DNA of 64,000 nucleotides, from assembly GCA_965209085.1 (NCBI GenBank), contig OZ242376.1, positions 1,056,001-1,120,000 on the forward strand. The letters run 5' to 3'. Positions 51,869 to 60,879 of the stretch are shown here, one piece after another. The notes beneath the pieces are model-generated. The model was not told the DNA's origin. It saw only the letters and a list, made by a program, of their open reading frames with translations, and made no database searches. Numbering within the stretch: the stretch's first letter is position 1; each line of letters begins with the position of its first letter. A program made the position numbers and the translations under genes. This DNA is from Nitrosopumilaceae archaeon (lineage in GTDB: Archaea > Thermoproteota > Nitrososphaeria > Nitrososphaerales > Nitrosopumilaceae).

Positions 51869-53167
51869 CTACGCGCTGACTTGGAACATTTTACCGGCAT
51901 TCAGGTTCTGAAGTGCCTCTAGTACCGTTCCAAGTTTTTCTGGATTGATTTTTTGCAGTTCTGTATGAGCATTCTGCATCTGTTTTTCAGCGGTTTTATC
52001 TTCGCTAGTTTCGATGTCAAGATATTCTTCAGAGCGGTCAAACGAATCTTTCATAGCTTTTATGAGCTTTTCAGGGAGAATGCTCTTGTTTGTAGTGTAT
52101 GTAGCCTCTATACTTCCCCTGTGACCCATAAAGAACGCTCTAAAATCGTGTGCGATTTTACCTTCAGATTCTGCAATTAGTAGCTGTGTGTCAAAATACG
52201 CCCGCAGGACATATGGTCTCCAAGCAAATCTTGGTCGAAATACTTTGCGAACTCTGTTGCTGATCTGTTTTGTCATCAGAAACGAATTTACTTCTTTGCC
52301 ACGTCTGCGTATGAGATATTTTGACGAAGGTGCGACTAGTGGAGAATTGCCGTGCATTGGTTCCCCATTTGAGAGTCTCTCATTCAGATACGAAAGTATT
52401 ATCGATATTGCATTGGTTGTAGCATATGTGAAATACTGGTGCCTGGCTTTGGAGATCTCTGCTCTCACTACGATTCTCATAGGTCTGTTTACACATCTAG
52501 CAATGCCTTCCTGTATTATGATGTCAGGTAGATCTTTCATAGTCAGACCATCAGATCCGTTATCATTGCCCAATACTTCTGGTCTAAGTCCAGATTTTGC
52601 CATGAGTGACATTATGACAGCATCCCGTAGTTCTGACTTGTTGAATATTTCAGTCATTTCCTGTTCGTTTGGCACGCGCTCATCAGCTAAAGTAGGTGTC
52701 AGATGTGTGTTTGTGATACGTATCCGGCGCTGTATATAGACGTCAAAATGTCTGAGCCATGATTTTATTGATTTTAAATGACCTTCAATGTATGCTGGAG
52801 CGTATCCTTGCTGCTCCATCATACCAACATGATCTTCAAGCAGATCCGTGACGGTCTTTACATCCCTCATGCCAAGTTCTGCTAATTGCATTGCACTCAT
52901 CTGATGCATCTGACAAAATCTGATCAATTTCCTTAATCGCATTTCAGCAGTATTTCTGCTACCTCTTGCAGTGTTGTCATACCAGCGTTTTACATCTGGA
53001 TTTGCAAGCATACTTGATTTTTTTGTTTTTTTGATGATTTTTACGTTATCGGTTGTTGACTTTTGCATATTGTTTCCCACATCGGTCAACCTTGCGGCGA
53101 CTTCATTAGTTGTATTATGGCACCAGTGGGTTATTTTACCTTTGTTTAGATCGCTTATTTTGTTCAT
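51869..53167 (-). CDS. Tyrosine recombinase/integrase
   Basis: SGLRP (R), SKA.H.Y (K), PYVLRAYF (YxxR), FMGH and ATYT (Y) motifs. Confidence 0.9.
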   Translation of the reverse strand: MNKISDLNKGKITHWCHNTTNEVAARLTDVGNNMQKSTTDNVKIIKKTKKSSMLANPDVKRWYDNTARGSRNTAEMRLRKLIRFCQMHQMSAMQLAELGMRDVKTVTDLLEDHVGMMEQQGYAPAYIEGHLKSIKSWLRHFDVYIQRRIRITNTHLTPTLADERVPNEQEMTEIFNKSELRDAVIMSLMAKSGLRPEVLGNDNGSDGLTMKDLPDIIIQEGIARCVNRPMRIVVRAEISKARHQYFTYATTNAISIILSYLNERLSNGEPMHGNSPLVAPSSKYLIRRRGKEVNSFLMTKQISNRVRKVFRPRFAWRPYVLRAYFDTQLLIAESEGKIAHDFRAFFMGHRGSIEATYTTNKSILPEKLIKAMKDSFDRSEEYLDIETSEDKTAEKQMQNAHTELQKINPEKLGTVLEALQNLNAGKMFQVSA

Positions 53168-53225
53168 TTGTGTAATCTATACAATACACAAACCTTATTT
53201 AACTATTCCCATCTATGGATTACAC

Positions 53226-53501
53226 ATGACTGTGCATATAAGAGAGAGGGATGGTACAGAATATATCTATTTTTTGGCCGGAAAACGTCAGTTTTATCTG
53301 GGTCGCAAGGACGATTTAGAAAACATAAACCAGGATACTTTATTGAAAGCGGCCTCCGAGCTTGATAAAACATTTGACAAACACATGAAACGTTATGTCA
53401 AGAGCCTTTTGGAATGTGTTGCATTAATGGATAAAAAATATGCTGCAACGTATCTTGCTAAAAGAAGAACAGCTATTAACCAAAATTTACCTAAAATATA
53501 A
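53226..53501 (+). CDS. Small basic protein divergent from the integrase (possible directionality factor/DNA-binding protein)
   Basis: MTVHIRERDGTEYIYFLAGKRQFYLG beta-hairpin-type motif; ATG at 53226. Confidence 0.6.
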   Translation: MTVHIRERDGTEYIYFLAGKRQFYLGRKDDLENINQDTLLKAASELDKTFDKHMKRYVKSLLECVALMDKKYAATYLAKRRTAINQNLPKI

Positions 53502-53621
53502 TGATGTTATAATATTTGATCAAATTCGGTGGTACAAAATGTTTATTCGTGCTATCTAACAATGAAGTACCAAATCATGTATAAAAGTCATTTTTAGTTT
53601 TTTGACATATGGGGTTATGAA

Positions 53622-53891
53622 TTATTTAGAACGATTTTGTAATAATGCAATTATTGATGAGGATCCAAGAAACATTAAAGATAATACATATAGTGCGAAT
53701 GTGGGTACCCACAGTTTTGGAGTTTTATCACATTCATTAAATTCAGTCCTGTTCATGGTATCAAAAATTGCATTACCCATACAACTATGTAGATTCAATG
53801 AATTAGGTACGTTTGATATAAAAACTATAATACCAAATAATAATCCACATACAAGTAATAAAACACAGAGTGTTGTCATTTTATCGGACAT
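53622..53891 (-). CDS. Small two-TM membrane protein with paired Cys loop
   Basis: 89 aa, two hydrophobic segments. Confidence 0.55.
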   Translation of the reverse strand: MSDKMTTLCVLLLVCGLLFGIIVFISNVPNSLNLHSCMGNAIFDTMNRTEFNECDKTPKLWVPTFALYVLSLMFLGSSSIIALLQNRSK

Positions 53892-54059
53892 GTATATATT
53901 TTCTAATTTTTTACATATAAATACGTTTTTGCATGGGTCATGTCACAACCTGGGGTAAAATTTGTAACACTTGGAGTGTTCTCCTTTTATGGAGCCCAAT
54001 CCACTTTACTGTACTTTCGTGTGTCAACATATTGAAATTATGTTAACGTTCTAAATTTA

Positions 54060-54359
54060 TTAAAAACTACCTAGTTTTCCGAGATTGTCATCTTGTGTGT
54101 TATTTGGATTTGTTTTAACATATTTGTGGCCGTTAACTTCATGAACAGATATGTCCTCACCTTTTTTCCATGCTCCATTTTTGTATATTGTTACAAATGT
54201 TTTTCCTTGTTCTAAATAGTGTATCAAATTTTGTCTACTTATTATTGTAGTAGCACGTGCGACACTGTCACCATCATTATCTACACGTGTAAGAACTGCA
54301 TTTATAATATCGTCTTTATATCTTACTGCAGATATTAAATAATCAGCCCATTTTACCAT
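54060..54359 (-). CDS. DUF3892-like protein
   Basis: KWADYLISAVRY, G..FVT....W..G and Y..T....TQDDNL..L motifs. Confidence 0.75.
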   Translation of the reverse strand: MVKWADYLISAVRYKDDIINAVLTRVDNDGDSVARATTIISRQNLIHYLEQGKTFVTIYKNGAWKKGEDISVHEVNGHKYVKTNPNNTQDDNLGKLGSF

Positions 54360-54415
54360 ATTAATATTTACATGTTATAGTATATAAATATAAATATGAT
54401 TATGTATGGTTCGTA

Positions 54416-55587
54416 TAGCGCCAATCAAAAGTTCATGAGTATTTTTGGAGATTTTCTAAATATATAATCCACAATATTCAGATTGAATTTTACGGTCCTT
54501 AAATATTCAGACACCACATTCTGCATAATGGTAAACGTTGGACAATATTCGGATACCACCAATGCATATTTGTTAATCTTCCAGCACTGTTTGATCATGT
54601 TCAAATATGGTGATCCCTTTGGCAACAAAATTAATTTGACATTGGGATTGTCTGTTAGAAACTCTCTGACTTTATTTGATGTGTACCGAAGCGCGATCCA
54701 ACATTATTGCGATTTTTCCATATCTGTATTGCAACTCTTTCAAATATTTTACAAATGTTACAGAATTGAATTTTTTGTAAATTCTAAACATTTGATTCCC
54801 ATTCTCCAACATGGTTCCGTATACTGCAAAATTTTCATGTTTTCCAACATGTGGTAAAAATATTCGTTTTGCAACAAGTGACCAATATTTACGTCCTGCT
54901 TTTATATCTCTGACAAAGAACGCCTCATCCAACATTGCAATGGTAAATCCATTCTTTTTTAGGCGTGAAATTCTCTTTTTCATATATTGTTGCCAGTTGC
55001 ATACTGATGCAGCACTTGCATGATTTATGTGGTATTTCTGTGTAGTCTTGGCAGACATGCCATACTGATGCATGATCTTTCTAACATATGTAATATGCAA
55101 TTTTTCTCCAGTAACGTCATCTATTCTTTATTGTACCTACACAGGCGTTGCTATGGCAGATGTTATTTTGAGCATTAGACTTCATGCATAATGGGTCAAA
55201 TTCACAATTTTTACGAATAAAAATGACCAATTTGAACGATTATGCATACGGTCTATTATGGAACCCATTTATTTCTTTGAGACAATTCTTACTCGTCCAT
55301 TTTATGGGCGATCGCGGAGGCCATCAAGACCATCCGCATCAAAACGATCCACCCACATACGTACCCAATTCGGGCAATGTCGCAGCATATTTGCAATTTC
55401 TTGTACTTGTTTGCCATCTTTGCAAACCATGAGTATTGCAAGCATTCGTGTTGATGCTATACTGGAACGTTCTTTCTTGTACGCTTTTTCAAGTTGTTCT
55501 AATTTGTTCATGTGTATTGTAATAATTTGGAGATCCAAATACTTTTCGGTTCGATAAATTTATCTTATGAACTTTGGCGTGTGGCTA
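54416..55587 (-). mobile_element. IS630-family element, degraded and carrying a MITE
   Basis: IR TAGC....CAAAAGTTCAT / ATGAACTTTG....GCTA with TA flanks. Fragments with GLDGLRDRP, LDEAF, LDRASVH and SPYLN. Confidence 0.83.
55177..55254. mobile_element. Palindromic MITE (78 bp), copy 2
   Basis: AGAC...GTCT flanked by ATT/ATT; removal restores tcc-ata-atg-ctc in the IS630 transposase frame. Confidence 0.8.
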
Positions 55588-56206
55588 TAACATTACTTCC
55601 AAATTGAACGTAATTTTCGTAATTTTTTTCGATCATACACAGATGCATCTAATTCACAGAGTATATTTTTTTGATTAGAATATTTATTTAAAAGTGCTAA
55701 AATTCTTAATATCGCAATTTGAGAGTATTTTTGCAATTTGGCAGTTATTTTCTCAAGATCATCGTCTTTCAGTTGATTTCGATCTTTTTTCCGATGTTCC
55801 ACACCATGTACAATTGAATTTCTTATTTGGTAAACATTTTTAGAGAATTTCCAAATTTCTAACATTTGATCATCATTATTACTTAATAATGCAGACATTC
55901 TATGCGCAATTTTTGTTGTGGTATCACCAGCACCAGTAGTAAGAAGAGATTCCAATGCTATCACATAATCCAATATTTTTTCCTTCTCATTATTATGATC
56001 GTGTGCCAAACCAAAACGCCTTAATGTATATAATATTGTTAATCGGTCATTTTCGAGTAATTTATTATAGATGTTTTTATAAAATAATTCAAGTTTTTTA
56101 ATTATTACAGGATTTAATTGGACTATATTAGATGTGGATTGTTTAATTGGTTCCCAACCAAAATTTTTTAATGTTCCAATATCCCAGATATCTGACATTC
56201 TAGAAT

Positions 56207-57463
56207 AGATGTCTTGCGTAATAAAAAATTCGGCATAACAATATATTGTGCCTAATAATTAAAGTGTTATGTTAAAAAATCACATTCTGGAATATGATTT
56301 ACAGTTAATCTAAGACAATACGCCACATGTCAATTATGTGATCACCGTTTGCAGTAATTCATGTTGGAACAATGTAGGTTTGCAAACCCACGCGACAACA
56401 TGTACATCTGGTCAATATCGGGCGTGCAGTATGATGTTATAATGAGCGTGCCCACTCATTTTTGTAATTTATTAATCCGTTTACAACCTGCACGATTCCA
56501 TCATATTTATCAAATCGTGATCGGAATACATCTCGGCGTATGTTGAATTTCTTAATTCTGCTGTAAACATGTTCTATCCGTACACGTACGCTTGAGAGTA
56601 ATTTATTGTGAAATATTTGTTCGCGGGTTCTCTTTTTATTTTTATATTTTTTACAGGGTATGATCGAATTTGCTTGTGGAAACGCGTCATGTATTCCCTG
56701 ATATGCACTATCATAGAGATTTGAAACAGAATTCAACAGATCCTGCGTAATTTTGTTTTCACACTGCAGTGGGTGGTTCTCTTTTACAATGGCATAATCG
56801 TGTACACTGCCAGGATATGACATTGAGCTATACAAGATCATTCCGTTTCCGTTTATGACTTCTGTTGTTTTTCTGGTATGTGTTTTGTGCTTGCCAGAAT
56901 AGTTTTTCTTTTGTTCTTCCTTGTCACTTGGACGCCATACCCGTTGTTCGGTAGCATCTGTAACGCAATAATTGTCAGGAAAATTCTTTTCAAGATCTTT
57001 GGAAGATTTTATTTCTAAAACTTGTTTGTGTAGTTTATGTGGAGTTGGAAGAATATCTGCCAATATCTTTAGAATCATGCCTATGTTTCGTTGTACATTA
57101 CTTTGATCCAAGTCAAACATGTATCCTATTTTTTCATACGACTGGTATTCTCGTAAATAAACAAGCGTCATTATTAACCGATCTGGCAGTGACAAGTGAT
57201 GTTTCCTGCCTCCTCCTGGACTTCGTTGTCTTTCTGCTGCATCTGCAACATCCAGCTGGCATTCAAGATATTTTTTACGTATGCCAGGAATCAAGGAATC
57301 AAATTCTTCGACCGTAAGACCGGTAAACGCCTTGAATGCACGCGGTTTTTTGCGCATTGTCGTTTCTGAGAACACAAAACACAGTAAACATGCATGAAAA
57401 TAGATCGATGTGATCTAAAAGTTTGGACTGCATGATTGAATTTCTTTATTACGCAAGGCATCT
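56207..57463 (-). mobile_element. IS5-family (ISL2/Harbinger-like) element, intact
   Basis: IR AGATGTCTTGCGTAATAAA / TTTATTACGCAAGGCATCT and 3-bp TSD AAT. Confidence 0.9.
56437..57375 (-). CDS. IS5-family transposase (DDE_Tnp_4-like)
   Basis: F..FTGL...EF, GGGRK, DATE...RP, YSGK, GSVHD, DSAYQG and RVRIEH motifs. Confidence 0.9.
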   Translation of the reverse strand: MFSETTMRKKPRAFKAFTGLTVEEFDSLIPGIRKKYLECQLDVADAAERQRSPGGGRKHHLSLPDRLIMTLVYLREYQSYEKIGYMFDLDQSNVQRNIGMILKILADILPTPHKLHKQVLEIKSSKDLEKNFPDNYCVTDATEQRVWRPSDKEEQKKNYSGKHKTHTRKTTEVINGNGMILYSSMSYPGSVHDYAIVKENHPLQCENKITQDLLNSVSNLYDSAYQGIHDAFPQANSIIPCKKYKNKKRTREQIFHNKLLSSVRVRIEHVYSRIKKFNIRRDVFRSRFDKYDGIVQVVNGLINYKNEWARSL

Positions 57464-58183
57464 AATATAGACCGCCAAATATAGGATCACCAGAATTAAA
57501 TAATTTAAGAGCACCTAAGATATGTTCAGTGTCTGGAATTATTTTTTTTTCAGTTCCGGGTATTCGTTTATGTTTACAGATCAAAACGCATTTTAAATTT
57601 AATTGGTAAGGAGGGATAGTATCCTGAGGTGATTTTTGTATATTTAATATGTAAGAATATTCCGCGTCAGTGATTTTACGAATCCATAAATTATCAGTTA
57701 ATATAATTTTTGTGAAATTGCCATCAACATTGTATATTGGTATCAAATAATATAATAATTCTACATCATATGTTATATAATTTACAAAATTAGAAATTGT
57801 GTCATGTAATAATTGTTTTGTGTTATTTTCACTGTTTTTTATCGCATATGATATAGCATAATCCAAATATGATTTGGCAGGTGTGGGGTTAGTTTTATAG
57901 TTGTTTTGAATCAGTAATGATTTGAGAACATCGTGTAGAACATCGTAAGAATTATTATTATCACCATCATACTGATTTTTAAGATCAATTCTTACATCAT
58001 GGTTAAGTTTAATATGATCAATTTGAGTTATCATATCCATGTTTAATAATTTTCCATTCAAATCTCTTAATGGTTTTTTTACAGATTTTTGATAATTTTG
58101 AGGATTTTGTTCTAATCTATTTTTACATATGTCTAATGTGTTTTCTAAAAAAGGTCTCATATGTTTTTCCAATGTTTTAGTGT

Positions 58184-59239
58184 TCATCGTTGTTCCGGCA
58201 TCGATCTAGTTAGGATTCCTAATTTATCATGCAGATATGTTGCTAAGTTTGAACCATTGGGTGTTCTTTTATTATCAATGATCACAATTCGAGGGTTTGC
58301 GCGCTTTACATATTCTATAAGATCTGTAAACTCCGCATGTTCGTCAGAAGCAATCCAAAATTTTTCATTTTTGTTTTGTGCGGTAAAATTTCCAAAACCA
58401 CCAGTTATTGATATTCTTCTCATGATGCCTTCATTTTCTTCAGAAGTATGTTGCATGGTATCTCTAAATTCTATTCTAGGATATCTCTCTTCCATCAAGT
58501 TTTCTGCATCAGGTGATTTAATATCCAACAGCCTTTCTTGTTGTACGGTACAATCATCTCTATTATTGTATATGTTTGTCATTCTAATGTTTGTGTCACT
58601 AGCAAGGAATTTTATTGTATTAGGAATATTGCTATTATTGGCAAGGCTACACATGACGTGTTGTAATTTTCCTCTATAAGCGTGAATGCATACGGACATT
58701 CCTTTGTTTATCGCTTCAACTACCCAATCGTTTAATCTACGTTCAAGACTTTCGCCGTCAATTTGTTTGTCAAAACGTATGTTACCATGTGTAGAATCAA
58801 TTACTAGTACGTCACATTCTGGTGCTTTATCTTGTGGAGAGATGTCGCCAGAATATACTATTTTGACATTATCATCGGTTTGGAGAAAAACTTGACCAGA
58901 CCCAAACATATGTTTAGATTCAAATAATGTAAGATAATCAGCACTTCCATTATGACGGATCGGTACAGATTGTCCAAAATCTAGTTGGTGAAGTTGTGTT
59001 CTTAGTTCATACGTATCGTTATTTATCGCTTCCAATAGCTTTGCGGTTACATGAGACATGAATACAGGATATTGATGCATACATCGTTCAAAGCTATTTT
59101 TAGCATGATCAACGTGAGGATGAGTAAAAACCGCGGCTTTGACCCCAGGTATAAATCCATCACAAACCACAGATTTTCCAAGTCTGATAGAACCATCGTC
59201 AGTCACACTAGCATATGAAAACAGATCATGGTCAGTCAT
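58184..59239 (-). CDS. Metallo-beta-lactamase-fold (beta-CASP-like) nuclease
   Basis: THPHVDH (HxHxDH), SKHMFGS, YSGD, IDST and SDEHAE motifs. Confidence 0.82.
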   Translation of the reverse strand: MTDHDLFSYASVTDDGSIRLGKSVVCDGFIPGVKAAVFTHPHVDHAKNSFERCMHQYPVFMSHVTAKLLEAINNDTYELRTQLHQLDFGQSVPIRHNGSADYLTLFESKHMFGSGQVFLQTDDNVKIVYSGDISPQDKAPECDVLVIDSTHGNIRFDKQIDGESLERRLNDWVVEAINKGMSVCIHAYRGKLQHVMCSLANNSNIPNTIKFLASDTNIRMTNIYNNRDDCTVQQERLLDIKSPDAENLMEERYPRIEFRDTMQHTSEENEGIMRRISITGGFGNFTAQNKNEKFWIASDEHAEFTDLIEYVKRANPRIVIIDNKRTPNGSNLATYLHDKLGILTRSMPEQR

Positions 59240-59998
59240 TTAATCAACTACAGATTCTAACATATGATTTATGACATTTTTACGCAGTATGTTATGATAT
59301 GAAGAATATTCATTTATAGATGCATGTCCAATTTTGGTAAGTGATAGTCGAATATAATCATCAAACATATGAGAATTTTTTAATGACGTTGGCGGAAATT
59401 TTTTAGAGAGTAAAAATTTTGTAAAATCATGTAGGTTTTGTTTTTTATCAATAGATAATTTTTGTATTATTTTTACTAGTTCAGGATCAATACCGCTAAT
59501 GAATATGAAATGTTCAATGATATCAGTTCTTTTTATGTCTAGTTCATTTGAAATACATTCTTCAATAGATTTGTTAGGATTTCTTTTTTTCCATTGAATG
59601 ATACCTTTAATTTCAGTTTTGGTAATCGGGTGAGGCATAATCATAATAGCATTCACTGTTTTTAGTATATCATCTTTATTTTTCAAATATGTCAATCGAG
59701 TGGCTACGCTAAATCCAATAGATTCATTTGTTTTTGATACACCCCACATGATCATATCTTGTATTTCATCAGGTAATTCGAGTAATCTTAGAAATTGGTT
59801 CAACATATCTATAGACAATCTGAGTCTTTTTATCACTTCGTTTTTATCATTATTCATATCGTGCAACAAATTTTGAAGTTCTTTTGCAACTTCAACAGGT
59901 CGCAATGGCCTGTCAATGTAATCAACCTTTATGCTAGAAAGCAATTTTGCCAAACGTTGAGGATTACGTAATAATATCAGATCAGACATTTGTAGCAA
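59240..59998 (-). CDS. Hypothetical protein with ParB/Spo0J-like HTH region
   Basis: LRPVEVA...RLRLSIDMLNQFLRLLELPDEIQDMI..G resembles the HTH/central region of ParB proteins; no CTPase box. Confidence 0.6.
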   Translation of the reverse strand: MLQMSDLILLRNPQRLAKLLSSIKVDYIDRPLRPVEVAKELQNLLHDMNNDKNEVIKRLRLSIDMLNQFLRLLELPDEIQDMIMWGVSKTNESIGFSVATRLTYLKNKDDILKTVNAIMIMPHPITKTEIKGIIQWKKRNPNKSIEECISNELDIKRTDIIEHFIFISGIDPELVKIIQKLSIDKKQNLHDFTKFLLSKKFPPTSLKNSHMFDDYIRLSLTKIGHASINEYSSYHNILRKNVINHMLESVVD

Positions 59999-60803
59999 TC
60001 AAACCTATACCAATTAGTTCTGACACAGCATTTTCGTTGGTATCAATTCCTTTTACGGTTTTGAATATTTCGATTTTTTCTATTTGATCTTCTGTTACGT
60101 CTATGTGCAATATGTTCGATTGTGTTCGTTTTTTTGCCTTTTCTACTGCTGCTATAGGGGTTATGCCAGGATTGCTATGTATTATGCCGCCTACTTTATT
60201 CTTTGCTCCAGTAGAAAGAGGTTTCATGGCAATCGCTGTTTCTATAAGCATTTTTGTATCAACGTCAGATTCATCCCCTCCTAGTGCATTAAGAGCTTTG
60301 AATGCGTTATCTTGAGTAATTGTTTTGTCATTGATAGCTTCTTGGACATCTTCGGGTAAGCTGTTTACAGCAATATATTTTCGAATGGTGCTTTCAGATA
60401 ATCCTAATTCTTCAGCTACGGATTTAACTGTACGATATTTTCTCATATACATATCTACAATATCAACATAATCAGCACGTTTCATTTCTTTGCGTGCGGT
60501 ATTTTCTCCAAGAGAGATACGTTTAGCTTCAAATTCATCAATTTCACGGGTTACATAACGTGCAGATATGGTAGACATGTTCAATATCTTGTGTACTTGA
60601 AGTCGTCTTTGACCTGCTACTAGCTCAAATTTTCCATCAGATAGTTTTTTGACGATAACTGGGCTAGTCATGCCATCTTTTCTTATGCTGTGAACCAAAT
60701 CATCATCAGATTTAACTATGGTGTCTCTTTGTCGTGCTTGAGAATTACCAAGTGTGACATTTTCCAAGGATACTTCTATTATCTCGGGAGATAGTAAGCT
60801 CAT
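59982..60803 (-). CDS. ParB/Spo0J-like protein (N-terminal CTPase/Srx fold plus HTH)
   Basis: Q.R, LVHSIRKDG..SPVIV, FELVAGQRRL, EN..R and VAEELGLSESTIRKY motifs. Confidence 0.87.
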   Translation of the reverse strand: MSLLSPEIIEVSLENVTLGNSQARQRDTIVKSDDDLVHSIRKDGMTSPVIVKKLSDGKFELVAGQRRLQVHKILNMSTISARYVTREIDEFEAKRISLGENTARKEMKRADYVDIVDMYMRKYRTVKSVAEELGLSESTIRKYIAVNSLPEDVQEAINDKTITQDNAFKALNALGGDESDVDTKMLIETAIAMKPLSTGAKNKVGGIIHSNPGITPIAAVEKAKKRTQSNILHIDVTEDQIEKIEIFKTVKGIDTNENAVSELIGIGLIATNV

Positions 60804-60879
60804 ATGTGATAATTAATGCCATCATTAAATAATATATCGAAATGTTGTTTTTAACTAGGCGTGAATTTACCTTCTTTTT

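Larger units (their letters stand above)
55593..58187 (-). pseudogene. ApeA-like HEPN-domain protein split by an IS5-family insertion
   Basis: N-part 57464-58187 and C-part 55593-56206 join in frame (GGLY-SR-MSD) after removing the IS and one TSD. C-part has DYVIALESLL and YQIRNSIVHG (Rx4H). Confidence 0.82.

Noticed and set aside
58184-60803. Identification as dndB, dndFGH or pbeABCD
   Set aside because: No DGQHR motif, no large ATPase/helicase and no PLD HKD motif in these ORFs.
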